Virus record (IMG/VR): IMGVR_UViG_3300048577_000526
Location: 1-42,188 of that record
Length of the DNA stretch: 42,188 bases
DNA from: a virus
Lineage: Duplodnaviria > Caudoviricetes
Direction: 5' to 3' (one strand)
The notes beneath the pieces are model-generated. The model worked only from the letters and a program-made list of their open reading frames with translations. It did no database searches and was not told the DNA's origin. Position numbers and translations under genes: made by a program. Of this stretch, positions 10,306-18,250 are shown one piece after another (the first letter of the stretch is position 1; every line of letters starts with the position of its first letter).

Positions 10306-10790
10306 TCCTCGTTTTCCTCTTCTTCGTCTGGGTCGCCGTCATAATCGCTGTCGTAGAGATCGAGATCGCCGTGCTCCTCGGCGAAGTGCGCCCAATCCGT
10401 CACGCCGTACCGCAGGCCGGCGACGTGATCGCGGATGCGGACGGCGAAGAGGTTGAAGAATTCCTCGATCGCCCTTTCGGTGGCGCATTGGTCCTGAAGG
10501 CCGGCGATGCCGCGCTCCAGATAGGGTTGGAATTCGGCCGCGATTGGAAACTCGGCGATCAGCTCGGCGAGTGGGCGCTCGATATGGGAGGGGATGGCGG
10601 GCAGACCCCATCCAAGATGGGAGCCGCCGCGCGCCTCGCGACGAACGCGGGCCGCGAAGACACCGTGCGGCAGATCCGCATTGGCGTGAAGATCGGTAAG
10701 TGGCGGTGCTTTGCCATCTCGCGCTTGTTCCTCGAGCCGCTCTGCCGCCTTTTCGGGGTTGTTGCGGCCCCATATGTCGATGCTGCTCAT
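10302..10790 (-). CDS. Hypothetical protein with acidic C-terminus
   Basis: ATG at 10790 (MSSIDIWGRNN) directly after the stop of the upstream ORF; overlaps the dnaN start by 4 bp. Confidence 0.6.
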   Translation of the reverse strand: MSSIDIWGRNNPEKAAERLEEQARDGKAPPLTDLHANADLPHGVFAARVRREARGGSHLGWGLPAIPSHIERPLAELIAEFPIAAEFQPYLERGIAGLQDQCATERAIEEFFNLFAVRIRDHVAGLRYGVTDWAHFAEEHGDLDLYDSDYDGDPDEEEENEE

Positions 10791-10791
10791 G

Positions 10792-11037
10792 TCAGCTTTT
10801 CTCCTCTCGCCGCTGCCGCAGCCGTAGGCGAAGGTCGGAAGCCTTGGCCCGGAGGCGGCATGCCTCCTCCGCCAAGGGCTCAGCGGCCTCGCTGTCGCCC
10901 GCTGCTCGCAGGCGCGCGATGTTGATGGTGAGGCTCGCGATCTGAGCATCGAGCTTGCGAGCGTCCTGCTCTTCGAAGGGAACGAGCTCGCCGCGCGGGG
11001 AGCGGCTCGGCCTCCGCACGGCGCGCCGGCAGTTCAT
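10792..11037 (-). CDS. Hypothetical coiled-coil protein
   Basis: 81 aa; 4-bp overlap with the parB stop; fits the operon tiling. Confidence 0.55.
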   Translation of the reverse strand: MNCRRAVRRPSRSPRGELVPFEEQDARKLDAQIASLTINIARLRAAGDSEAAEPLAEEACRLRAKASDLRLRLRQRREEKS

Positions 11038-12842
11038 GCCGCCTCCTCGGCTTCGTCGGCGTCATCGCTCTCGCCGTCTTCGTCGCCGGCAGATTCGTCG
11101 CCTTCGTCGGCCTCGTCGTCTTCCGAGCTGTCGCGTTCTGGCTGCAGCTTGAACCAGTCGGGATGGTCGAGGCCCGCTGCATCGACAATGGCAATCTCGG
11201 CCTCGGTGGCATCGCTGTAGGGCAGGATCAGAGCCCCATCCGAATCCTCGTCGTATTCACTGCGGAATGCCATTTCGGTAAATTCCGCCAACAATTCGTC
11301 GGCACTCAGTGCAGAGATCCGGGACCACTCGCCGTTATCAAAGTCCCGGTCGCTGTAGATGCGCGCCAGGGCGAACCGCGCCTTCAGCAGTGGGTTCGTC
11401 GCGAGGAAAGCCCCCAGCTTTTCATTCAGCTCATCGGCCTCCTTCTCCCGTTTCTCGTTCTCGGCCTGACGCTGCTCATTCTCGATGCGCCAGCGTTCCT
11501 TGCGCTCTTCAGGCGTCTCGTTGTCTTCCTCAGCGTCCTCCGCCTCCTGCGCCTGGGCATTCTCGATATAGGCGGCGAGTCTCTCCCGCGCCGATGAGCC
11601 GGCTTCGAAGAGTTCCGCGCTCGGAACCAGCCCCTCCTGCACTTCGACGTTGCCGCGCCAGTCCATCGCGATGATGACGATGCCTTCCTTCTTCTTCTTG
11701 GTCCGCTCTTTCTCGTAATCGTCACTATCGAACCAGCCGCCGTCCTGAATTTCCACGAAGGCCCAGCCCTCGGCTTCCTTGTCGGCCTTGAGGTCTTCGA
11801 GCGCTGCCTTCTGCAGCTTCTTGAATTCGTTGGCATCGAGCAGCCACAAATTCCCCTCGTCATCCTCGCGCGTGGCGCCGCCATATTTCTTGAGATCGAA
11901 GATCGCCACCGTCGAAAGAACGGCGTTCCGTGTCAGGCGCTTGCGGATGTCCTCGGCCGTGTTGAGGCCGTAGGGATTGGTTTTGATGTCCTTCAGTAGG
12001 CCCTTTTGCTCTTTCTCGTCGGCTGCAGTCAGGGCGCGCGCCTGATCGATCTTGAGCTCACCCTTCGCGAGGGCATCCTTCACCGCTGGCGAGAGCTTCA
12101 TGGCGAGCGCCAATCGTTGCTGGACGAAGCGCTGCGACTTGTGGATGCGATCGGCGATCTGCTGCGTCGACCATTCAAACTGCTCGTGCAGGACACGGAA
12201 GGCGTCGGCCTCTTCGAGCGGGGCGAGATCGATGCGCTGCAGGTTTTCCAGCAAGGCCAGGGCGCGGGCCTCGTTCTCGCCAGCCATGATTACGCGGCAG
12301 GAAATGGCGTGGTTCGCCGGCAAGCGCTTCGCCGCGATCAGCTTGGCGACGGCGCGGTAACGGCGTTCGCCAGCGATCAGCTCGTAAATCGGCGCGCCCT
12401 TGCTGTCGATGTTCGGGTAGGCGCTCGGCGAGGCGACACGCACTACGAGGTTCTGCATCACGCCGTTCTCGGCGATGCTCTCCGCCAGCTCGTCAATGCC
12501 GGCTTCGTCGAATGTCTTACGGGGGTTGATGGGCGACTGGACGATCGCGCCGTGGGGGATGAGGCGGACAGCGGGATCGCCGTTCGCGGCTGCATCGCTG
12601 CTGCTACCGATCTCGCTCTCGTCGAGGCCAATCAGCTCTGCGATCGAGCGGCCGAGGATCGGGGCCAACAGGCGGGCGTTGTCGACGCTCACCGTCTCGA
12701 CCGTGCCGGAGGCTATCTGCTGCACCGTGGTCTTCGGCAGGTTGTGGGCTTCGGCAAAGGCCCGCTGGCTCTGGCCGGTTTCGTCAAGATGGGCCTTCAG
12801 AAGATCGGCGAGGGCGAGCTTCTTCTTCGTCTTCTTCGACAT
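11034..12842 (-). CDS. XRE-HTH / ParB-Spo0J-family CTPase fusion with a long acidic C-terminal region
   Basis: N-terminal HTH 'SQRAFAEAHNLPKTTVQQI'. ParB box 'NPRKTF..ELAESIAENGVMQNLVVR', arginine patch 'IAGERRYRA', 'LENLQRIDL' and central HTH 'STQQIADRIHKSQRFVQQRL'. Confidence 0.9.
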   Translation of the reverse strand: MSKKTKKKLALADLLKAHLDETGQSQRAFAEAHNLPKTTVQQIASGTVETVSVDNARLLAPILGRSIAELIGLDESEIGSSSDAAANGDPAVRLIPHGAIVQSPINPRKTFDEAGIDELAESIAENGVMQNLVVRVASPSAYPNIDSKGAPIYELIAGERRYRAVAKLIAAKRLPANHAISCRVIMAGENEARALALLENLQRIDLAPLEEADAFRVLHEQFEWSTQQIADRIHKSQRFVQQRLALAMKLSPAVKDALAKGELKIDQARALTAADEKEQKGLLKDIKTNPYGLNTAEDIRKRLTRNAVLSTVAIFDLKKYGGATREDDEGNLWLLDANEFKKLQKAALEDLKADKEAEGWAFVEIQDGGWFDSDDYEKERTKKKKEGIVIIAMDWRGNVEVQEGLVPSAELFEAGSSARERLAAYIENAQAQEAEDAEEDNETPEERKERWRIENEQRQAENEKREKEADELNEKLGAFLATNPLLKARFALARIYSDRDFDNGEWSRISALSADELLAEFTEMAFRSEYDEDSDGALILPYSDATEAEIAIVDAAGLDHPDWFKLQPERDSSEDDEADEGDESAGDEDGESDDADEAEEAA

Positions 12843-12868
12843 GAAAGTCTCCGGGATGTGGGGTTGAA

Positions 12869-13075
12869 TCAGTGCAGGAAGGTTGCGCCGTCGAGGCGGG
12901 TAACGCGCTGGAAGCCATCCGCCCCTTCCACCACCGCCCGGTCAGCAAGGTTGCGGATCACGGTGTAGATCCGGCCGTTCAAGATGACGCGGGGCAGAGC
13001 GGGGGCCTCTGCGGTGGGCGCGTCTTCCGACTGCCGGCGCGAAGCGATGGGGAAGGGGAGGATGGCGGCAGTCAT
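12869..13075 (-). CDS. Hypothetical protein
   Basis: 68-aa ORF tiling the leftward operon. Confidence 0.55.
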   Translation of the reverse strand: MTAAILPFPIASRRQSEDAPTAEAPALPRVILNGRIYTVIRNLADRAVVEGADGFQRVTRLDGATFLH

Positions 13076-13078
13076 GGG

Positions 13079-13453
13079 TCAGGCCCTCGTGCCGCGATCA
13101 TGCGCTACGGGGCGAACGGCGTTCGCCTTCTGCTGCAGGAGCGCCGGAACATCGAGGGCGGCGACGACATCTTCATCGCCCAGGTGCTGGCGCTCGTCGT
13201 CGTTGGCGACGAGGTCGGGTGCAAGCACCGCCGCATGTTCGAGGGCCTCGGTGCCCATCATGTCGAGCTCGGTGCGGCTGAAGCCGATCTGGATGAGGTC
13301 GCGGTCGTAGCAGATGCCGAAAACGCGGCGGATGCCGACCATTGCCTGTGCCATCTGCTGGGCGCGGGGCAGCTTGGTATCGAGGGTGGCGACATCGGCG
13401 GGCTGGGGGCGGCGGCTGATGCGACCGGTACCGCCGGCATAAATTCGGGCCAT
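13079..13453 (-). CDS. Hypothetical protein, first gene of the leftward (PL) operon
   Basis: ATG at 13453 (MARIYAGG) preceded by AAAGGA; contains palindrome copy 2 (13112-13126). Confidence 0.55.
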   Translation of the reverse strand: MARIYAGGTGRISRRPQPADVATLDTKLPRAQQMAQAMVGIRRVFGICYDRDLIQIGFSRTELDMMGTEALEHAAVLAPDLVANDDERQHLGDEDVVAALDVPALLQQKANAVRPVAHDRGTRA

Positions 13454-13466
13454 GATCGATCCTTTC

Positions 13467-13509
13467 AAAAGGGGTGGCGGTTTCACGAGGGGACGCGGAA
13501 ACCGCCGCC
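13467..13509 (-). terminator. Intrinsic terminator-like hairpin in the PL leader
   Basis: Minus strand reads GGCGGCGGTTTCCGCG-TCCCCT-CGTGAAACCGCCACC-CC-TTTT. Confidence 0.5.
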
Positions 13510-13530
13510 AGGCTTAGGGGGTGTCCCGAA

Positions 13531-13545
13531 GCGAACGCCGTTCGC
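13531..13545. promoter_or_regulatory. 15-bp palindrome, copy 3, just downstream of PL
   Basis: GCGAACGCCGTTCGC, perfect and intergenic. Confidence 0.6.
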
Positions 13546-13558
13546 CTGTGACGCACTG

Positions 13559-13613
13559 ATGTTTCCATTATGGAAGCATGCTTGTCAACGAAAATGTTTC
13601 CATAATGGAAACA
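13559..13613 (-). promoter_or_regulatory. PL promoter with two CI operators (OL)
   Basis: Minus-strand TTGACA at 13583-13588, flanked by TGTTTCCATTATGGAAGCA (13560-13578) and the perfect palindrome TGTTTCCATAATGGAAACA (13595-13613). Confidence 0.8.
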
Positions 13614-13697
13614 CACGGTGCACGCGGAGCTAATGGGGTGATTTCAAAGGGCTATTTTGCCGAAACCAGCAGGGATGGTAGCTGCCGTTCGGCGGCC

Positions 13698-14192
13698 TTA
13701 CATGGCGGCGAGGATCTCGCGGCGCTTGGCGTCGAATTCTTCCTGGGTGATAAGCCCGTCGCGGAGCAAATCGGACAACTGGCGTATTCTGTCTGCCGAG
13801 CTGACGCTGGCGCCTGCGGCTACGGGTGCGACGGTGGTTGGTTTGCTGCGCAGTTTTTCCAGTTCGGCAACAAAGGACTGGTATTTCGCATCCCCATCAA
13901 AGGTGCGGAATTCCATCTCATCATTTGATGTGTGCATGACGAGTGTTTTGTGTCCCAGCAGCGTCTTGGTCTCGACGGAAGTGAGTTTATCGAGGGGGAT
14001 TGCGTCGAACACCTCGCCTAGAAAACCTTTCCGATAGAACACCACGCGCTGATCGGTCAGGAACAAGGCGCCATTATGCTGGGTGTCCTTTCCCTTGCCC
14101 ATCATCCGGCCCTTATAGCCTTCCATTGATGCAATGACGGCCTCGCCTGGCTTAAGTTTGCTCTCGGCAAAGGCCTTTCCGTGCTTGCTCAT
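13698..14192 (-). CDS. Bacterial PH-domain + SHOCT-domain protein, downstream of cI
   Basis: 'GALFLTDQRVVFYRKGFLG..IPLDKLTSVE' (bacterial PH) and C-terminal 'ADRIRQLSDLLRDGLITQEEFDAKRREIL' (SHOCT); RBS GGAGG. Confidence 0.82.
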   Translation of the reverse strand: MSKHGKAFAESKLKPGEAVIASMEGYKGRMMGKGKDTQHNGALFLTDQRVVFYRKGFLGEVFDAIPLDKLTSVETKTLLGHKTLVMHTSNDEMEFRTFDGDAKYQSFVAELEKLRSKPTTVAPVAAGASVSSADRIRQLSDLLRDGLITQEEFDAKRREILAAM

Positions 14193-14226
14193 CTTCCCCC
14201 TCCAAATCGGCGCGCGTTGAGCAACC

Positions 14227-14934
14227 TCACAACTCTGGGCGATATGAACCTATCACAAGCCCGGTGATGCGAATGTTGTTCGCATGCTCTTCAAAGTCGC
14301 CATTGCCGTCCCAAGCGTCAGGAACACGCCAGGGCTGCGCAAATTCCGGATGGTCGGATCGTGGCCACAGCCAGGCATGACCGTCGCGGTCATATTCGAT
14401 CTCCTTGACCGTTGCTTCCATTTGGCCGGAATTGTTCGTGCGATGCACGACGACGCGCTGCCCATTGCTGGGTGCCCACTCTTCCATGTCGATTGTGGCG
14501 ATGACGACGATGAAGGTCCCGTCGGGATAAATGCGGTTCATGCTGGGGCCGCAGACCTTGAGGGCATATCTACGCAGGCCCCGATACTTCGGCGGTACCG
14601 GAACATAGATGTCGAATTGATCGTCGTCGCAGTATTCCAGCGCTTCTTTGAAATCGCCGGCCTTGACCTCGCCAATGACGCGGATCGGCTCAACAGGTTG
14701 TGGGCGTAGATCCACGTTCGGATCGATATCCAATTGATCGTCGATCAGCTTGAGCACCTTGCTCTCCGGCCATTCGCAAAACCGTGCGATGGTCGCGACC
14801 TCGTTGGCTTTGATCAGCCGAGTGCCGTTAATCAGCTTTGTCATGCTCGCGCGCGACAGGCCGAGCAGGTCGCCAAGACCAGTTTGCGTCTTGTCGAGGG
14901 CCTTGATTCGGTCCTGAAGCCACTTGTTTCCCAT
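14227..14934 (-). CDS. cI: CI-like repressor (HTH + S24 autopeptidase)
   Basis: HTH 'TQTGLGDLLGLSRASMTKLING', Ala-Gly site 'GEVKAG', Ser motif 'VCGPSM' and Lys motif 'ATVKE'. The likely start is ATG at 14934 (MGNKWLQ). Confidence 0.9.
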   Translation of the reverse strand: MGNKWLQDRIKALDKTQTGLGDLLGLSRASMTKLINGTRLIKANEVATIARFCEWPESKVLKLIDDQLDIDPNVDLRPQPVEPIRVIGEVKAGDFKEALEYCDDDQFDIYVPVPPKYRGLRRYALKVCGPSMNRIYPDGTFIVVIATIDMEEWAPSNGQRVVVHRTNNSGQMEATVKEIEYDRDGHAWLWPRSDHPEFAQPWRVPDAWDGNGDFEEHANNIRITGLVIGSYRPEL

Positions 14935-15023
14935 TTGGAAATACTGGCTAGGCCTTTGACCTAATTCAGCTTCTATTTTGGAAACGTTTTTACTTGACCG
15001 GTTGCTTCCAAAATGGAAACAAT
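14925..15023. promoter_or_regulatory. OR region: three CI/Cro operators and the PR promoter
   Basis: TGTTTCCCATTTGGAAATA (14925-14943), AGCTTCTATTTTGGAAACG (14968-14986) and TGCTTCCAAAATGGAAACA (15003-15021). -35 TTGACC at 14994-14999; possible -10 AACAAT at 15018-15023. Confidence 0.8.
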
Positions 15024-15030
15024 GCTGCCC

Positions 15031-15348
15031 ATGAACGTCGCAGAGCATGTCATCTCCATTTGCGGTGGCGCCGCCATCGTTGCTTCTTGGCTCGGATTGG
15101 AGCCGCCGGCCGTCTATCGCTGGACCTATCCGCGCGGGAGGGGCGGCACAGGCGGCCTGATTCCCAGTGTTCATCAATCGCCGCTCCTCCGCGCCGCGAA
15201 GCTCGCGGGAAAGCCGCTGCAGCCCTCCGACTTCTTTGACCCGGACGTTGTGAGCATGGCGATCAACGACAACGAAACTGTCACTCCGCCGGTCGAGGCG
15301 ACAGGGGGAAGTGAATCTTCAGAATCCCAACATCGGATGGCCCAATGA
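15031..15348 (+). CDS. cro: Cro-like HTH protein
   Basis: 'VISICGGAAIVASWLGLEPPAVYRWTYP..GGTGGLIP..L.PSDFF'; divergent from cI. Confidence 0.8.
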   Translation: MNVAEHVISICGGAAIVASWLGLEPPAVYRWTYPRGRGGTGGLIPSVHQSPLLRAAKLAGKPLQPSDFFDPDVVSMAINDNETVTPPVEATGGSESSESQHRMAQ

Positions 15349-15770
15349 CCGCCGCAATCGATCCGTTCCGGGCCGCGCTGCATCAGATGCGGAACAATCT
15401 TTGCCTTCTCGGACGCTGGCACATTCCGGTGCGTTGGCGCTCGGCCACTCGCCCTCTGCCCCTAGATAAGCTGCCACGTGACAAGATCCTCGGACCGATG
15501 ATCGATATCGGCACGGATCAAGTCATGCTGTCGTTTTCCGATGCGGAAGATCAGCCCATGCGCCTGATCCTCTCGAAGCTCGAAGCAGCCAAAACGGCCC
15601 TGTATCTGGCTCGGGAGCTGGGCGTCGTCAGTGTCGATCAGTTGGCCGAAATGGTCTCCCAGTCCCCCAGGTCGGATGGAATGCCGAGTGACCCGGTGTC
15701 GGTTCCGCAGGAGGGCGAGAACGTATGTCCGCCAGCCAAATCGTCTGCAGCTTGTGAGGGGGAGAAGTAA
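15345..15770 (+). CDS. Hypothetical protein
   Basis: ATGA coupling to cro; its 3' third overlaps an antisense ORF. Confidence 0.45.
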   Translation: MTAAIDPFRAALHQMRNNLCLLGRWHIPVRWRSATRPLPLDKLPRDKILGPMIDIGTDQVMLSFSDAEDQPMRLILSKLEAAKTALYLARELGVVSVDQLAEMVSQSPRSDGMPSDPVSVPQEGENVCPPAKSSAACEGEK

Positions 15771-15874
15771 GTGCCCAGGCCTTCGCCATTGAATCCGGCT
15801 GCCCATCGGCCGTCGCGACATAGCAGCACTTCGGCAATGCCGCGTCGTGTCTTGAACCGGTATCCAACAATCAT
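15638..15874 (-). CDS. Small antisense protein (78 aa) with motif 'LGTYFSPSQAADDLAGGHTFSPS..DTGSLGIPSDLGDW'
   Basis: AAGGAG RBS upstream of the ATG at 15874. The sequence is protein-like and resembles, from recall, a conserved prophage hypothetical protein. Confidence 0.6.
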   Translation of the reverse strand: MIVGYRFKTRRGIAEVLLCRDGRWAAGFNGEGLGTYFSPSQAADDLAGGHTFSPSCGTDTGSLGIPSDLGDWETISAN

Positions 15875-15949
15875 TCTGCACTCCTTCGGTGTTGGGACGT
15901 CGAAGGTAGCAGGCGGTGGGCGGTTGGGGAACAAGCGGGCGGTGACCCA

Positions 15950-16444
15950 ATGACCGCCGAGCGCAAGAATCCCAACCGCACCCTCCTCAAGCCTCGCCCG
16001 GCCGGCACTCTCAAGGCCGCGATGGCCGCGCTGGTCGAGGCCAGCGGCGGCACGGTGCGCGCCGCCGATCTGCTCGGCCTGGGGCAGGCCCAGGTGCAGC
16101 GCTGCTCGGATGCGGCCGAGCCGCGATACGAGTTGAAACTCAGCCACGTCCGCACCCTTGAACGCGATTGCGGTCAGCCGATCGTCACCGCCTACCTCGC
16201 GACCGAGGCGCGCTGCGCCCTGGTTCCGCTGGCGGCGATGGTCGACGCGCCACTTGGAACCGACATGGCGCGCTTCGGCGAGCGGGCTTCAAAGCTCTTC
16301 GCGGCTTATGCGGCGGCGAGCGCAGATCAGAAGCTTACCCCGCAAGAAGCGGGAGAGTTGAAAGCCGAGGTGCAGGCGGTGATGTCGGCACTCGCGGCAA
16401 TGCTGCCGGATCTTGAAGAGATCATGGGGGCCACGAATGTCTGA
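15950..16444 (+). CDS. Phage regulatory protein, CII-like
   Basis: HTH-like N-terminus '[24 protein letters not shown]' and C-terminal '[12 protein letters not shown]'; located downstream of cro. Confidence 0.6.
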   Translation: MTAERKNPNRTLLKPRPAGTLKAAMAALVEASGGTVRAADLLGLGQAQVQRCSDAAEPRYELKLSHVRTLERDCGQPIVTAYLATEARCALVPLAAMVDAPLGTDMARFGERASKLFAAYAAASADQKLTPQEAGELKAEVQAVMSALAAMLPDLEEIMGATNV

Positions 16445-16688
16445 CGGCGTCGGCAACAACTCGGCCGAGCACCTCAAATCCTTCATCGAGCGCATCGAGC
16501 GCCTGGAGGAGGAGAAGACCAATATCGGCAACGACATCAAGGAAGTCTACGCCGAGGCCAAGGGCACCGGCTTCGATACCAAGACAATCCGCAAGATCAT
16601 CGCGCTTCGAAAGCTGGAACCGAACGATCGGCAGGAACAAGAGGAGCTGCTCGACATCTACATGCGGGCAGTGGGGATGATTGCGTAA
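16437..16688 (+). CDS. DUF2312/UPF0335 protein (GapR-like nucleoid-associated protein)
   Basis: '[62 protein letters not shown]'. Confidence 0.92.
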   Translation: MSDGVGNNSAEHLKSFIERIERLEEEKTNIGNDIKEVYAEAKGTGFDTKTIRKIIALRKLEPNDRQEQEELLDIYMRAVGMIA

Positions 16689-16737
16689 CAGCCGGGACTG
16701 ACCGGCGCAGAATTGATCGCCTACCAGAGGGGACATC

Positions 16738-17070
16738 GTGAAACCGTCAGCATCGCCGCCCACGCCGGCCCCGATTTCCCACGCTCACCTCATCTATGTC
16801 CGCCATCCCATGCCCGGTGATTTTATCGAGCTGGTGACGGTGCGTGATGGCGAACCGCGTTCGCTGGTTCTGTCGGAAAGGCGGGCCTTGGGCCTCATTC
16901 AGCAGCTCGTGCCATGCGTGGAGAGTACGCGGCGCTTCCCGATCTTCGACCCCAATGGCGCGCGTCTGGGCGATATCGACGGCGACCGTGTTCTGCTCAT
17001 TCTTTCCGACCTCGCGCGAGCGGTTCATACCAACCGCCTGCATGAGCGGAGGCAGCGGAATGGCCGATAG
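16738..17070 (+). CDS. Hypothetical protein
   Basis: GTG start with a GAGGG RBS; overlaps the primase start. Confidence 0.5.
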   Translation: MKPSASPPTPAPISHAHLIYVRHPMPGDFIELVTVRDGEPRSLVLSERRALGLIQQLVPCVESTRRFPIFDPNGARLGDIDGDRVLLILSDLARAVHTNRLHERRQRNGR

Positions 17071-18250
17071 CGCCCAGGTCCTGGAGCGCGGAAAGCTCGA
17101 TCAGCGCGTGGCGGAGGCCAAAGGCCGCCTAGACATTGGCGACGTCATCGGCGCCAGCGTTCGGCTGATCGGCTCGCCCTTTCACAAGACAGGCCTATGT
17201 CCTTTCCACAGCGAAAAATCGGGCTCGTTCCACGTTTATATCGGCGGTGACGATCCGCATTATCATTGCTTCGGGTGTGGCGCGCATGGCGACGTGATCG
17301 CCTTCGTGCAGCAGTTGCGGGCGATCACCTTCATCGATGCCTTGAAGGAACTGGAAAGCCGCGTCGGTGCTGACTTTCAACCTCGGCAGACGGTATCGCC
17401 TCAGCCGGTAAAAAGCGACAAACAGGAAGCGGCGGAACGGCAACGGGCCGAATCCCAATACGAGGCGCGGATGCGGATTTGGCACGGCTTGGAAAAGGCC
17501 GATGGCACGCCGGTCGAGGTCTATTTGCGCGGTCGCGGACTTGATGTCTCGCTTCTGGGCGGCGTGCCGCGTTCGATCCGCTTCCACCCCGGCCTGACCC
17601 ATGTGCAAATGCGGCCGGACGGTAGCGAGGACCGGAGCGTGTGGCCCGCGATGGTCGCAGCGGTGCAGGGGCCGTCCGGCGAGATCGTGGCGCTGCATCG
17701 GACCTGGCTGATGCCCGACGACAAACGCGGGTACGTCAAGGCGGTGCGGACGGAATACGGCAAGGATTTCAAGTCGAAGAAGATCCTCGGCCCGTTCATG
17801 ACCGGCGCTATCCGCCTGACGCCATTGGGCGATGCTGGCTACCCGGATGACACCCTGCTGGTGGGCGAGGGGATCGAAACCTGCCTTACCGTTCTCATCG
17901 ATACCGTGCGCGAGGGGCGGCCGATCGCGACCTGGGCCACCGGTACGCTTGGCAACATTTGCGGCTCTGGTGATCCGACCAAGCGGGCACGTCGGCACCC
18001 GCATTACCCCGACAAATATATCCAGACCGAATACCCGAACATGGAGCGCCCTGGCGTTATCCTGCCGGCTTCGGTCAAGCACCCGATCATTCTCGGCGAT
18101 TCCGATAGTGACCCGTTGATGACGCGGGCGCTGCTCAATCGCGCAGTGCGCCGCTGGCAGGCCGAGGGAAGGTTGCCGCGTATCGTCATGGCGCCGCCCG
18201 GCATGGATTTCAATGATCTCGTCGACACGGAGAGTGAGGCCGGGGAATGA
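17060..18250 (+). CDS. Primase-like protein: CHC2 zinc finger + Toprim domain
   Basis: 'GLCPFHSEKSGSF..YHCFGCGAHGDVI', 'LLVGEGIET', 'ILGDSD' and 'GMDFNDL'; start ATG at 17060. Confidence 0.87.
   Translation: MADSAQVLERGKLDQRVAEAKGRLDIGDVIGASVRLIGSPFHKTGLCPFHSEKSGSFHVYIGGDDPHYHCFGCGAHGDVIAFVQQLRAITFIDALKELESRVGADFQPRQTVSPQPVKSDKQEAAERQRAESQYEARMRIWHGLEKADGTPVEVYLRGRGLDVSLLGGVPRSIRFHPGLTHVQMRPDGSEDRSVWPAMVAAVQGPSGEIVALHRTWLMPDDKRGYVKAVRTEYGKDFKSKKILGPFMTGAIRLTPLGDAGYPDDTLLVGEGIETCLTVLIDTVREGRPIATWATGTLGNICGSGDPTKRARRHPHYPDKYIQTEYPNMERPGVILPASVKHPIILGDSDSDPLMTRALLNRAVRRWQAEGRLPRIVMAPPGMDFNDLVDTESEAGE

Noticed and set aside
14935-15177. N-terminal extension of cI in the ORF track (316 aa)
   Set aside because: It would run through the OR operators and overlap cro; the HTH begins right after Met at 14934.
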